This document shows, one piece after another, positions 15,737 through 23,672 of a stretch of 45,988 nucleotides of DNA; within the stretch, counting starts at the first letter, position 1, and each line of letters opens with the position of its first letter. The notes beneath the pieces were generated by a model. It made no database searches, was not told the origin of the DNA, and was given only the letters and a program-made list of their open reading frames with translations. A program made the translations under genes and the position numbers. This stretch comes from a virus. The DNA is taken from positions 1 to 45,988 of IMG/VR virus record IMGVR_UViG_3300045988_087605; one strand, written 5' to 3'.

Positions 15737-16096
15737 ATGCAGGAAATTAGCAAAAAATTAAGTGAACAGTCAGTAGGAACGGTTTTGGATAGACCGGAGT
15801 ATAGAAAAGAGCTTTCTATTTATTGGGATGGCTTAAAAGAGCAACGGAAAAAGGCTTCGTTCGAAATATTGCATCACGGAGGTATTCCTAAAAGAATAAC
15901 AATAGATAGAGTCGGTAAAATGGATACGGATCAACTTATATCAGAATTTAAGCTGATACTTGACAGAAAGAGTGAGTTGCCTGCAAGTCTGAGGTACTTT
16001 ATTTCGGATGTGTGCGGAAAGGTATTTATCAGTTGGTTTACAAAAGTGATTGAAGATGAAGCAAAAGAAAATAACGATCCCCGGGAAGGTAACTAA
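15737..16096 (+). CDS. hypothetical protein (119 aa)
   Basis: First gene behind a cassette. Confidence 0.6.
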   Translation: MQEISKKLSEQSVGTVLDRPEYRKELSIYWDGLKEQRKKASFEILHHGGIPKRITIDRVGKMDTDQLISEFKLILDRKSELPASLRYFISDVCGKVFISWFTKVIEDEAKENNDPREGN

Positions 16097-16493
16097 AGAC
16101 GGTAAGTTATCCATCTACATGGGAGAGCTTAACGAGTTTATGAAGAACAACGCAGGAAAAAATATAATTGCGGAGTTTACAGTATTAGAACCTTCTGATT
16201 CTTCATCCTTGCGTGGATACTACTTTAAATACGTTGTTCCCCAATTTCAGAAAGGGATGTGCGAAAATGGGTACAGGTGGAGCGAAGAAGAAACGGAGGC
16301 TTATATGCGTAGTATTTGCCCTATTACGATGGGTGAAGTTGTAGATGTTGAAACTGGTGAGTATAGAAAGGACTCAGTTAAAGTTACCGATTTAAGCAAT
16401 AGCGAATTTGTCGAATACATAGAATTTTTAAAGCAGTTTGCGGCAGAAGAATTTAGTATTTATATTGAAGAACCAAATAGATTTGTAAGATGA
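16056..16493 (+). CDS. hypothetical protein (145 aa)
   Basis: ATG 16056 (the track uses TTG 16050). Overlaps the upstream gene end. Confidence 0.55.
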   Translation: MKQKKITIPGKVTKDGKLSIYMGELNEFMKNNAGKNIIAEFTVLEPSDSSSLRGYYFKYVVPQFQKGMCENGYRWSEEETEAYMRSICPITMGEVVDVETGEYRKDSVKVTDLSNSEFVEYIEFLKQFAAEEFSIYIEEPNRFVR

Positions 16494-16804
16494 AAGAAAA
16501 TGAAGAAATGACTTTAGAGGAAAAGTTCAATTTGATGTGCGAAGCATTAAGTATATCACCGGAGAGAATTATAGATAGGGATATTACCCGTTATGTATCA
16601 CTTCGAAGAAATTGCATTATCCATCAGCTTTACGCCTATAAAAATCACGGTTTACCCGAATTGATAGGTCGCACGAAGGTTTTAATTATGAAAGCGCATG
16701 AACGTTTTCAAGGCGAATTAGATGTGAAAGATATGACAGCCGTAGAGTTTGTCCGGCTTATAGACGAACGACTGCAAAAGTATATTGATGGCAAAGAAGA
16801 TTAA
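16490..16804 (+). CDS. hypothetical protein (104 aa)
   Basis: ATGA overlap with the upstream gene. Confidence 0.55.
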   Translation: MKENEEMTLEEKFNLMCEALSISPERIIDRDITRYVSLRRNCIIHQLYAYKNHGLPELIGRTKVLIMKAHERFQGELDVKDMTAVEFVRLIDERLQKYIDGKED

Positions 16805-16946
16805 GAATCTTGTTCTTGTTCATTGCACGGAGTGTAGGTTCAGTTCAGATCACCATAATTTGATTTGCTATTGCAAAAAGAGAGATAAAAAGTTATGCAG
16901 TTGCCCGAACATTGGGCGGGTCTGTGAGTTTTACATTAAAAAATAA
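16788..16946 (+). CDS. small Cys-rich protein (52 aa, below the track cutoff)
   Basis: MAKKIKNLVLVHCTECRFSSDHHNLICYCKKRDKKLCSCPNIGRVCEFYIKK. Confidence 0.4.
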   Translation: MAKKIKNLVLVHCTECRFSSDHHNLICYCKKRDKKLCSCPNIGRVCEFYIKK

Positions 16947-16952
16947 AGTATC

Positions 16953-17603
16953 ATGTTAAAAGACAATTTTGAATTAAAGAGAGTTAAGTTCTTGAATAAC
17001 GGTTTAGAGGTTGATTACAATGATTGCCGTTTGGTTGATGGTGAAGAAACAAAGACGTTTCACAAGGTAAAATGCCCCGAATATCCGCATAGAGATTTAA
17101 GAATTGCGGCAAATGAGCTTCGTTCATACATAGTTGAATTGATGGGAATAATGAATTTTAGGAACATCACCTATTTGTCTGATTTGGCAAAACAAGACAA
17201 TGAGTTAAGTAGACAATTCGATGAATATTTTGAAACGCTTGCAACCCGTATAGCGATTAGTGAGATAGTCTATGATCCCGAAAAGAACACAATAGTTTTC
17301 AAATATATTTTCACGGGAGTAGATTTGTCCCGGTTGAAAATGCAAACGAGCAAAATTATGTTGGACGGTGAGGGGTTAAATTTTGAAATAGCACTACAAG
17401 AAGGTTTTGAAGCACTGAAAGATGAAATTTTCAAGTATCTTTTTGAGAATAAGCGTGCACAATTGGAGCTATTCGGTGAGACAGCAACGGCAGAACCTGA
17501 CGATAGTTTGACGCCCGATGATGATTTAGAAGGTGACGATACGTTTTTTGATGATGAAGAAGCAGAGCAGCCGGAGTTGATCGAAGAAGATGTACACGCT
17601 TGA
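16953..17603 (+). CDS. hypothetical protein with strongly acidic C-terminal tail
   Basis: The last ~45 aa read 'EPDDSLTPDDDLEGDDTFFDDEEAEQPELIEEDVHA'. Confidence 0.6.
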   Translation: MLKDNFELKRVKFLNNGLEVDYNDCRLVDGEETKTFHKVKCPEYPHRDLRIAANELRSYIVELMGIMNFRNITYLSDLAKQDNELSRQFDEYFETLATRIAISEIVYDPEKNTIVFKYIFTGVDLSRLKMQTSKIMLDGEGLNFEIALQEGFEALKDEIFKYLFENKRAQLELFGETATAEPDDSLTPDDDLEGDDTFFDDEEAEQPELIEEDVHA

Positions 17604-18021
17604 TACGTTTGAGGAAATTGATTATTGTTTAAGCAGGGGGTATAACCCCTTGCTATTTAATAATAATTTCGATATTGAACCTAAAACAAGGTATGAATAT
17701 TTAAAACGGATGTTCGGGGATGGTCACGGGCAGAGGGCAAATGAACGTTTCTTCCGGTATATGTGGGATATTAAGCCTCACTATTGTGAAGAATGTTTAA
17801 AGCCGTTAGCAGGGTACTCAGCCGTTTATATTTCGCATATTATAACGAGGGGATCGAACCCAATGATTGCGCATGATCCTCGTAACATAAACATACTTTG
17901 TTTCAACTGCCACAATCGTTGGGAACACGCTAATACCCGCAAGGGGATGCGGATATATCAAGGTAATTTAGAAAAAATAAAAGTCCTTAAAAGGGACAGT
18001 TTAAAACTGCAAAAGAAATGA
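17590..18021 (+). CDS. HNH endonuclease
   Basis: 'CEECLKPL...SHIITRGSNP...NINILCFNCHNRWEH'. An alternative start at ATG 17710 lies downstream of the hairpin at 17632-17654. Confidence 0.75.
   Translation: MYTLDTFEEIDYCLSRGYNPLLFNNNFDIEPKTRYEYLKRMFGDGHGQRANERFFRYMWDIKPHYCEECLKPLAGYSAVYISHIITRGSNPMIAHDPRNINILCFNCHNRWEHANTRKGMRIYQGNLEKIKVLKRDSLKLQKK
17632..17654 (+). other. GC-stem hairpin with TATAA loop, inside the annotated 5' end of the HNH ORF
   Basis: agcaggggg-tataa-ccccttgct (9 bp including one G-U pair). Confidence 0.4.
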
Positions 18022-18281
18022 AATTGGTAAAATTTGAACTTGTATCGGGAAATGAAATTATGATTAACACTGAATCTGTGGAATCAATAGTTAAATATAC
18101 AGATGATTCGGTGTATATTAACACAGTAGGTGCAGATATGCCGTATATAGTTAAAGGTTCAATTGAAGATGTCAATAAAGCACTAAGCGAAGGTATCAAG
18201 ATTGATTCAATAGTCGGACTTATGGCTCTCGTATTTATTGGAATTTACATATTATCAACATTAGCAAATTTATTATCGTAA
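18018..18281 (+). CDS. hypothetical protein with C-terminal TM helix (87 aa)
   Basis: 'VGLMALVFIGIYILSTLANLL'. ATGA-type overlaps on both sides. Confidence 0.55.
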   Translation: MKLVKFELVSGNEIMINTESVESIVKYTDDSVYINTVGADMPYIVKGSIEDVNKALSEGIKIDSIVGLMALVFIGIYILSTLANLLS

Positions 18282-18736
18282 TGAACTTAAACAAAATCGA
18301 ATTGATCGGGCGTGTTTGCGCTGATCCGCAAGTAAAAACCTTCGATAACGGAGGGAAGGTATGTAATCTTTCTATCGCAACAAACGAAAGGGCATATAAA
18401 ACGAGTAACGGTATCGAAGTGCCGGAAAAAACAGACTTCCACAATGTAACATTCAAAGGTAAATTGGCTGAGATTTGCGGACAGTATGTTACCAAAGGAA
18501 TGGAGTTATACGTAGAGGGTAGTTTACACTATCGTAAATATACCGACTCTAATAACGTTGAAAGAACTATTTCTGAGATCGTTGTAAGGTCTATGCAGAT
18601 GGGAAGAAAAGCGGGTGAGGGAAACCAGCCGCCATCCGGAGGCAACGGAAACCAACAGCCGCCAACCGGAGGTTATATCTGTCAACAGCAGCCGCCTCAG
18701 CAGATGTTTACGCAAAATTATGATTTGCCGTTTTAA
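18281..18736 (+). CDS. ssb: single-stranded DNA-binding protein
   Basis: OB-fold N-terminus 'MNLNKIELIGRVCADPQVK...HNVTFKGKLAEICGQYVTKGMELYVEGSL', a G/Q/P-rich linker and a C-terminal 'DLPF' tip. Confidence 0.9.
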   Translation: MNLNKIELIGRVCADPQVKTFDNGGKVCNLSIATNERAYKTSNGIEVPEKTDFHNVTFKGKLAEICGQYVTKGMELYVEGSLHYRKYTDSNNVERTISEIVVRSMQMGRKAGEGNQPPSGGNGNQQPPTGGYICQQQPPQQMFTQNYDLPF

Positions 18737-18751
18737 GGTAGTTTCTAAATT

Positions 18752-18777
18752 GGGGATGTATATTGCATCCCCTTTTT
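18752..18777 (+). terminator. rho-independent terminator
   Basis: ggggatg / catcccc stem followed by T5. Confidence 0.7.
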
Positions 18778-18779
18778 GT

Positions 18780-18869
18780 GTTAAATACATGTTAAAACTT
18801 AAACTTTAGATTGCAATATTAAATCTTATCCTTATATTTGCAGTGTCAAAAGGAAACAAATTACTAACA
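18780..18869 (+). promoter_or_regulatory. early-type promoter/leader cassette
   Basis: GTTAAA 18780-18785, GTTAAAAC 18791-18798. ATTG 18810-18813; -7 TAtaTTTG 18833-18840. Leader ATTACTAACA 18860-18869; ATG at 18886. Confidence 0.6.
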
Positions 18870-18885
18870 TTTAAAAATAAATATT

Positions 18886-19119
18886 ATGGCAACAATGACA
18901 TCAAAACAATTTTGTGAGAGAATGTATGGAATGTATCACTTACTTGGCGGTGGTGATTCCGGATGTGCTCACTGTTCAGACAATAGGTTTTCTTGCGGAT
19001 ATAGAAAGGAGAATACAGTTTTAACCAATGCACTTATGAAGGCGTGTGATAATCACAAAGTTCCTTATAAGATCGAGGCAAACGAATATTGTATTAATTT
19101 CGTAGTAGAATTTAAATAA
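18886..19119 (+). CDS. small Cys-rich protein (77 aa)
   Basis: 'GCAHCSDNRFSCGY'. First gene behind a cassette. Confidence 0.6.
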   Translation: MATMTSKQFCERMYGMYHLLGGGDSGCAHCSDNRFSCGYRKENTVLTNALMKACDNHKVPYKIEANEYCINFVVEFK

Positions 19120-19123
19120 TAAT

Positions 19124-19141
19124 AGCGGTAGAAATACCGCT
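19124..19141 (+). other. intercistronic hairpin with GAAA tetraloop
   Basis: agcggta-gaaa-taccgct. Confidence 0.4.
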
Positions 19142-19155
19142 TTAAACTTATAGTT

Positions 19156-19530
19156 ATGGAAAGAAGAAGATTATCCGGTCAGTACAAAATAGCAATGTAC
19201 AAAAAAATAGGGAATGACACGTTTAAGGGAGTGGTAAGAACGGTAACAGGTTTCATGTATCAATGTGGCGCATATCAGTATTTTACTTATTGGGAAAATG
19301 ACAATAAAATATCGGTTACAGAATCAAGTACAGGTTTCCGTGCAATGTCTTTGGATGTTGAAAAGGGAGAAACTCCTAAAACTACGCATGATAGGATAGT
19401 TGATAAGTTGAAAGGTTTTGATCCGTCTTTAGCAAACTGGAATAGTGCTAAAGAGATGATGAAGAAATATAATATTCCCTATCCTCTTAATGAATGGATC
19501 GTAGGACTAAAAGACATAAACCATGAATGA
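19156..19530 (+). CDS. hypothetical protein (124 aa)
   Basis: Track ORF. Confidence 0.55.
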   Translation: MERRRLSGQYKIAMYKKIGNDTFKGVVRTVTGFMYQCGAYQYFTYWENDNKISVTESSTGFRAMSLDVEKGETPKTTHDRIVDKLKGFDPSLANWNSAKEMMKKYNIPYPLNEWIVGLKDINHE

Positions 19531-19738
19531 AGAAATAGAGAAAGCAAGATCGGTGAGTAACGAAGTTATTTCGGAAACTATCAGAAAATCGACTGAGAAT
19601 ATAAAGGCAATGGAGGACGATTTCAGATTAGTAAGAAAGAAGTTGCGGAAAATTGGCGATCGAATAAAATTTGAGAGAAAGAAACTTGATATATACAACG
19701 AAGAAATAAAAAGGAGGGTTAAGTATGGAATTTGGTAA
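19523..19738 (+). CDS. hypothetical coiled-coil protein (71 aa)
   Basis: Track ORF; overlaps both neighbours. Confidence 0.5.
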   Translation: MNEEIEKARSVSNEVISETIRKSTENIKAMEDDFRLVRKKLRKIGDRIKFERKKLDIYNEEIKRRVKYGIW

Positions 19739-20027
19739 CTTACTGTTAGATAGATTGAGGTTCAACCGTGAAATGTTGGAGGCTAAACTTTCGGAAATAT
19801 CCGCTAAGGAGAAAGAGATAAGAGTTCTAAAGAAAGAAGTTTCCGGTATAATGGAACACATATCAAAATTGGAAAGTACGTTAAATCATGGAGAGCATTA
19901 TTATTGCGGTGCTTGCTGCTATCTTGAAAGTAAATGTAATAAGGGAAAATATAAGTGTCTTGAAACCGGAGAATACAAGAAATATCACTGTAAAGCGTGT
20001 GAGAAATTTAGAGATTTACCATTTTAA
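19725..20027 (+). CDS. hypothetical protein with Cys-rich C-terminus (100 aa)
   Basis: 'YYCGACCYLESKCNKGKYKCLETGEYKKYHCKACEKF'. Confidence 0.55.
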   Translation: MEFGNLLLDRLRFNREMLEAKLSEISAKEKEIRVLKKEVSGIMEHISKLESTLNHGEHYYCGACCYLESKCNKGKYKCLETGEYKKYHCKACEKFRDLPF

Positions 20028-20050
20028 TAACTAATTATAAATTAAATATT

Positions 20051-20653
20051 ATGATTGATTTTAATCAAAAAAGTATTTCTTTAACTAAAGAGTGTACAGA
20101 ACAACATGAAAGAATGAAGGCAAAAGGTTTTTATGATTCAGAGGTTTTTGAGTGTAAAAAATGGGCGTTGATAGTGTCTGAGTTCTGCGAAGCTATGGAG
20201 GCGGAAAGAAAAGGCAAAGTTATAGAAAACGATGTATATGACATTGCTCTGAATGAGCTATCAGAGATAGGCTTTGAGTCGTATTTTAAGAAATGGGTAA
20301 AGGATACAGTTAGCGATGAACTCGCAGACGTGTTTATCCGGTGTATGGACGCAATAGGACATTCTATTGATAAAATTGCGTGCCCTTCCGGAATTTTTGT
20401 TTTTCAAAGTATGGTTAGCGATCATTTCAATAGGTTATTGTATCTTGAAAAATCTATTTCATCAATTGTTTATTATGCCATTCAATTTGTACCGAAATCT
20501 GTATTTGGCAAATCGTGCATTACCGAGTATACTAACATGATGGCAATAACCATTGCAGCCGCAAAGCTTTATAACATAGACCTATCTAAAGCAATAGAGG
20601 CAAAGATAAGATATAACGAGTTGAGAGGTCAAAAACATGGGAAACAATATTAA
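20051..20653 (+). CDS. MazG-like all-alpha NTP pyrophosphohydrolase
   Basis: 'SEFCEAMEAER' followed by 'DELADVFIRCMD' fits the ExxE...ExxD metal-binding pattern. Confidence 0.55.
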   Translation: MIDFNQKSISLTKECTEQHERMKAKGFYDSEVFECKKWALIVSEFCEAMEAERKGKVIENDVYDIALNELSEIGFESYFKKWVKDTVSDELADVFIRCMDAIGHSIDKIACPSGIFVFQSMVSDHFNRLLYLEKSISSIVYYAIQFVPKSVFGKSCITEYTNMMAITIAAAKLYNIDLSKAIEAKIRYNELRGQKHGKQY

Positions 20654-21329
20654 TTCAATTGATATGGAAGAAAAAATTATTGATTTAGCAAGAAGAAGCG
20701 TTTATTATGGTGATCCGGAAGGTTACCAAGTTGGGGGGTGCCATTACAAGGCACCCGGCATGCAACTTTCTGAGTTTTTAGAAAGGAATAAAGTTGGTTT
20801 CTTGGAGGGGAACGCAATGAAATATGTGTTTAGGCACGATAAGAAGAACAAAGAAGAAGATTTGCTAAAGGCTATTCAGTATATCAAATTGATTCTAAAA
20901 TACAAATATGGTAAATTCTTAGTAGGTGATATTCTGTTGAGTGAAGAAGAATATAGAAAACTGGATGAGCTTATCGAGAAACAAAATACGATTGAACTTG
21001 ATACTACTTTTATCAGAAATGCGTTAAAAACCGCATCAATCAGCGCAAACAAAATAACGGTAGACAAAGCAACTTTGTATGTTGCAAAGCTAAGAGAGGT
21101 TAAAGCCGAGTATGTCGAAGATTTTGTCTTGTCCGATATAAAAAAATGCAAGCTTCTCGATATGGGACTACGGTATAGTTCTGCGGGTGGTGTCTATGTT
21201 CGTTTTAAGTCTAAGATAGGAGAAACGATATGTGTTAAGCCGGGTTATTATGTAGTTCTAAATGAAGATGGGAAATATGAATCATACTCAAAAGAGAAGT
21301 TTGAGTCTACTTTTCAACCAAAATACTAA
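20637..21329 (+). CDS. DUF3310-domain protein
   Basis: 'GGCHYKA..FLEGNAMKYVFRHDKKNKEEDLLKAIQYIKL' resembles DUF3310. The start may instead be ATG 20664. Confidence 0.5.
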   Translation: MGNNINSIDMEEKIIDLARRSVYYGDPEGYQVGGCHYKAPGMQLSEFLERNKVGFLEGNAMKYVFRHDKKNKEEDLLKAIQYIKLILKYKYGKFLVGDILLSEEEYRKLDELIEKQNTIELDTTFIRNALKTASISANKITVDKATLYVAKLREVKAEYVEDFVLSDIKKCKLLDMGLRYSSAGGVYVRFKSKIGETICVKPGYYVVLNEDGKYESYSKEKFESTFQPKY

Positions 21330-21348
21330 CAAAAATAAATAATGATAG

Positions 21349-21385
21349 GTCACGTTGCAAATATAGCAGCGTGACTTTATTTTTA
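21349..21385 (+). terminator. rho-independent terminator at the end of the early region
   Basis: gtcacgttgc / gcagcgtgac 10-bp stem (one G-U pair), loop aaatata, then a T-rich tail. Confidence 0.65.
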
Positions 21386-21403
21386 TATTATCTATAATAG
21401 TGT

Positions 21404-21411
21404 TATTTTTG
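21404..21411 (+). promoter_or_regulatory. -7 box TAttTTTG (candidate late promoter)
   Basis: Lies upstream of terS. No GTTAAA boxes and no TA[G/C]TAACA leader. Confidence 0.35.
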
Positions 21412-21485
21412 CGCATATTGAAAGATTATATAATTTGTAGTACAATATACAGAATAGAAATTATAACTTAAAAATACGTCTTAAA

Positions 21486-22076
21486 ATGGATAAAAAAATA
21501 GGTTCAATGAAAAGAGGGCAGGGAAGGCATAGCCGGACGGACGAACAGACTGAAAGAGACCGTTCCTTTGCCTCTGATTTGTTTTTGAAAGGTTATTCTT
21601 ATAGAAGAATAGCGGAAGCGATTAACGAGCGAAATAAGGCGGATGAAGTGCCGTATACCGTGACTTATCAAACAGTGTATAATGATATTCAGTTTTGCCT
21701 GACTCAGTGGAAAAGAGAACAGTTCGATAATATAGATCAGTATATTACGCAGGAACTCCAATCTTTGGATAATGTAGCTCGTGAAGCGTGGGAAGAGTGG
21801 GAAAAGTCTAAGCGTCCCAAATGTAAGACAAAGTATATTTTAGGGAAGGCTAAGGAGGTGCAAAAGGAAACAACAACGGGTGATCCTTCTTTTTTGAATG
21901 TAGTTCTCAACGTGCAGCAAAGAAAAGCAAGGTTGTTGGGGTATGACTCACCGTTATGTATAAACTTGGTGGGAGATAAAGAAAAGGAAAAACCCAAATA
22001 CGATTTTTCGGATGTCCCGGAGGACGTTTTAGAACAATTGGCAGATTCTTTGCAAAATACGGAGGGTAAAAAGTGA
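21486..22076 (+). CDS. terS: terminase small subunit (putative)
   Basis: HTH-like 'GYSYRRIAEAINE'. Sits directly upstream of TerL and overlaps it (GTGA). Confidence 0.55.
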   Translation: MDKKIGSMKRGQGRHSRTDEQTERDRSFASDLFLKGYSYRRIAEAINERNKADEVPYTVTYQTVYNDIQFCLTQWKREQFDNIDQYITQELQSLDNVAREAWEEWEKSKRPKCKTKYILGKAKEVQKETTTGDPSFLNVVLNVQQRKARLLGYDSPLCINLVGDKEKEKPKYDFSDVPEDVLEQLADSLQNTEGKK

Positions 22077-23587
22077 AAAAAGTAAATGAAATACCACCGG
22101 TTGAGATTGTGAAGTATGTTGCGAGGAAGAAGTTTAAGAACTATGCCAAATTCATAGATGATAAAATAGTTCTGAGTCAGTTTCACAAAACTTACTACGA
22201 GATTCTCGATAGGTTTGCACATGGTAAGATCAAAAAATTGATTGTTACCGTTCCGCCTCAAACTGGAAAATCAGAGGGTAGCAGTAGAAAGCTACCTTCT
22301 TTCCTTTTGGGGCTTAACCCGTCTTTAAAGATATTGATCGGTTCTTATGCCGCATCACTCGCAGAGGGGTTTAATAAGGATGTACAAAGAATCATGGATA
22401 CACCTGAGTATAAAAGCCTATTCCCCGACACCCGGATAATGGGAGAGGAAAAAAAAACGAGGTATCAAGCGTTTGCGAGAAATTCAAAAATGACTGAAAC
22501 AATCGGAAAGGGTGGGTATATTATATCCGTTGGTCGTAATGGTAGTTTGACTGGTAAATCTGTTGATATAGCCATTTTGGACGACTTATACAAGGACCAT
22601 ATGGAGGCAAATTCTCCGATTATCCGGGAAGCTGCTTGGAAATGGTACACCACCGTTGTAACCACCCGTCTACACAATAACAGTCAACAGCTTATTGTAT
22701 TTACGAGATGGCACAAGGATGATTTAATAGGTAGGATCGAAGATAAAGAGAATGTTATCAATGTTGAAAAGTGGGAAGATTTGGATAGTATACCGGAAGG
22801 TGCGTGGGTTAAAGTAAACTTTCCAGCTTTAAAGATAGGAGAACCAACAGAAATTGATCCACGTTTGCCGGGTGAAGCACTTTGGGAAGAAAAACATAGC
22901 GCTAAGAAATTGAACGCACAAAGAGAACTTGATAGAAATGAATTTGAATGTTTGAATCAAGGAAACCCGGGTAGTGCTGAGGGGACTCTATACGGTAACT
23001 TTAAAACGTATACCGATAAAAACGATTTTGGTGTGTTGGTCGGAAGGGGTAACTATACAGACTGTGCGGATACTGGTAGCGACTACCTTTGTTCAATTTG
23101 CTATGATAAATACCAGTCAAAAGAAGCGGTTTGGAATGAAAAGGAAAGGAGGTATAAGCATCTTATTTTCTGCCTTGTGACGGATATTGTTTATACTACC
23201 GCACCGATCGAAGAAACGCAGGTTAGTGTTCCTAATATGTTGAATATTAATGGTACAGATTACGCATACATAGAGAGTAATAACGGGGGGCGATCCTTCG
23301 CTGTTAACATCAGTCCAAGAACTAAGGCTGAAATAAATTGGTTCTGCCAAAGATTAAATAAAGAGGCTCGTATATTGTCGAACGCTGCAAACGTTACTCA
23401 GTCTATTGTTATGCCGTATGGGTGGGAGTCACGTTTCCCGAAATTCCACGAACATATAACAAATTACCTTCGTGAATTTTCAGCGAATAAGCACGATGAT
23501 GCGGCAGATGTTTTAACTGGTATAGTCGAGAAAGAAGTTATTCCAACTATATATCAAAAAAGAAGAGGAATAAGGGTTATAAACTGA
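22073..23587 (+). CDS. terL: terminase large subunit
   Basis: GTG start. Walker A-like 'VPPQTGKSE', Walker B 'IAILDDLY', C-terminal nuclease 'NKHDDAADVLTG'. Confidence 0.85.
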   Translation: MKKVNEIPPVEIVKYVARKKFKNYAKFIDDKIVLSQFHKTYYEILDRFAHGKIKKLIVTVPPQTGKSEGSSRKLPSFLLGLNPSLKILIGSYAASLAEGFNKDVQRIMDTPEYKSLFPDTRIMGEEKKTRYQAFARNSKMTETIGKGGYIISVGRNGSLTGKSVDIAILDDLYKDHMEANSPIIREAAWKWYTTVVTTRLHNNSQQLIVFTRWHKDDLIGRIEDKENVINVEKWEDLDSIPEGAWVKVNFPALKIGEPTEIDPRLPGEALWEEKHSAKKLNAQRELDRNEFECLNQGNPGSAEGTLYGNFKTYTDKNDFGVLVGRGNYTDCADTGSDYLCSICYDKYQSKEAVWNEKERRYKHLIFCLVTDIVYTTAPIEETQVSVPNMLNINGTDYAYIESNNGGRSFAVNISPRTKAEINWFCQRLNKEARILSNAANVTQSIVMPYGWESRFPKFHEHITNYLREFSANKHDDAADVLTGIVEKEVIPTIYQKRRGIRVIN

Positions 23588-23626
23588 TAAAGTAGGAAAA
23601 TGTATCAGACTTTCAAGTTTATACGG

Positions 23627-23634
23627 TATATTTG
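23627..23634 (+). promoter_or_regulatory. -7 box TAtaTTTG
   Basis: Lies 38 nt upstream of ATG 23673. Confidence 0.45.
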
Positions 23635-23672
23635 CAAAGTAAAATCAATTGTTTAACTAAATTTTTATAATT

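Noticed and set aside
18615-18809. Plus-strand alternative-frame ORFs 18615..18809, 22974..23180 and 41842..42033.
   Set aside because: They lie inside, or run across the end of, strongly supported genes (ssb, terL, fibre) in another frame. Their composition is arbitrary.
21737-22261. Long minus-strand ORFs in the track (for example 21737..22261 at 174 aa, 38467..38985 at 172 aa, 32639..33130 at 163 aa, 28460..28864 at 134 aa, 9024..9398 at 124 aa).
   Set aside because: Each lies entirely antisense to a well-supported + strand gene (TerS/TerL, tape measure, four-Cys genes, capsid, MTase-like). Each has a low-complexity S/L/F/P-rich composition and lacks its own promoter or terminator context. 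They are treated as shadow ORFs.
22449-22457. A9 run inside terL as a recoding site.
   Set aside because: It is read in frame (EEKKTR) within a continuous, motif-complete TerL. Both shifted frames terminate quickly and no alternative product is suggested.
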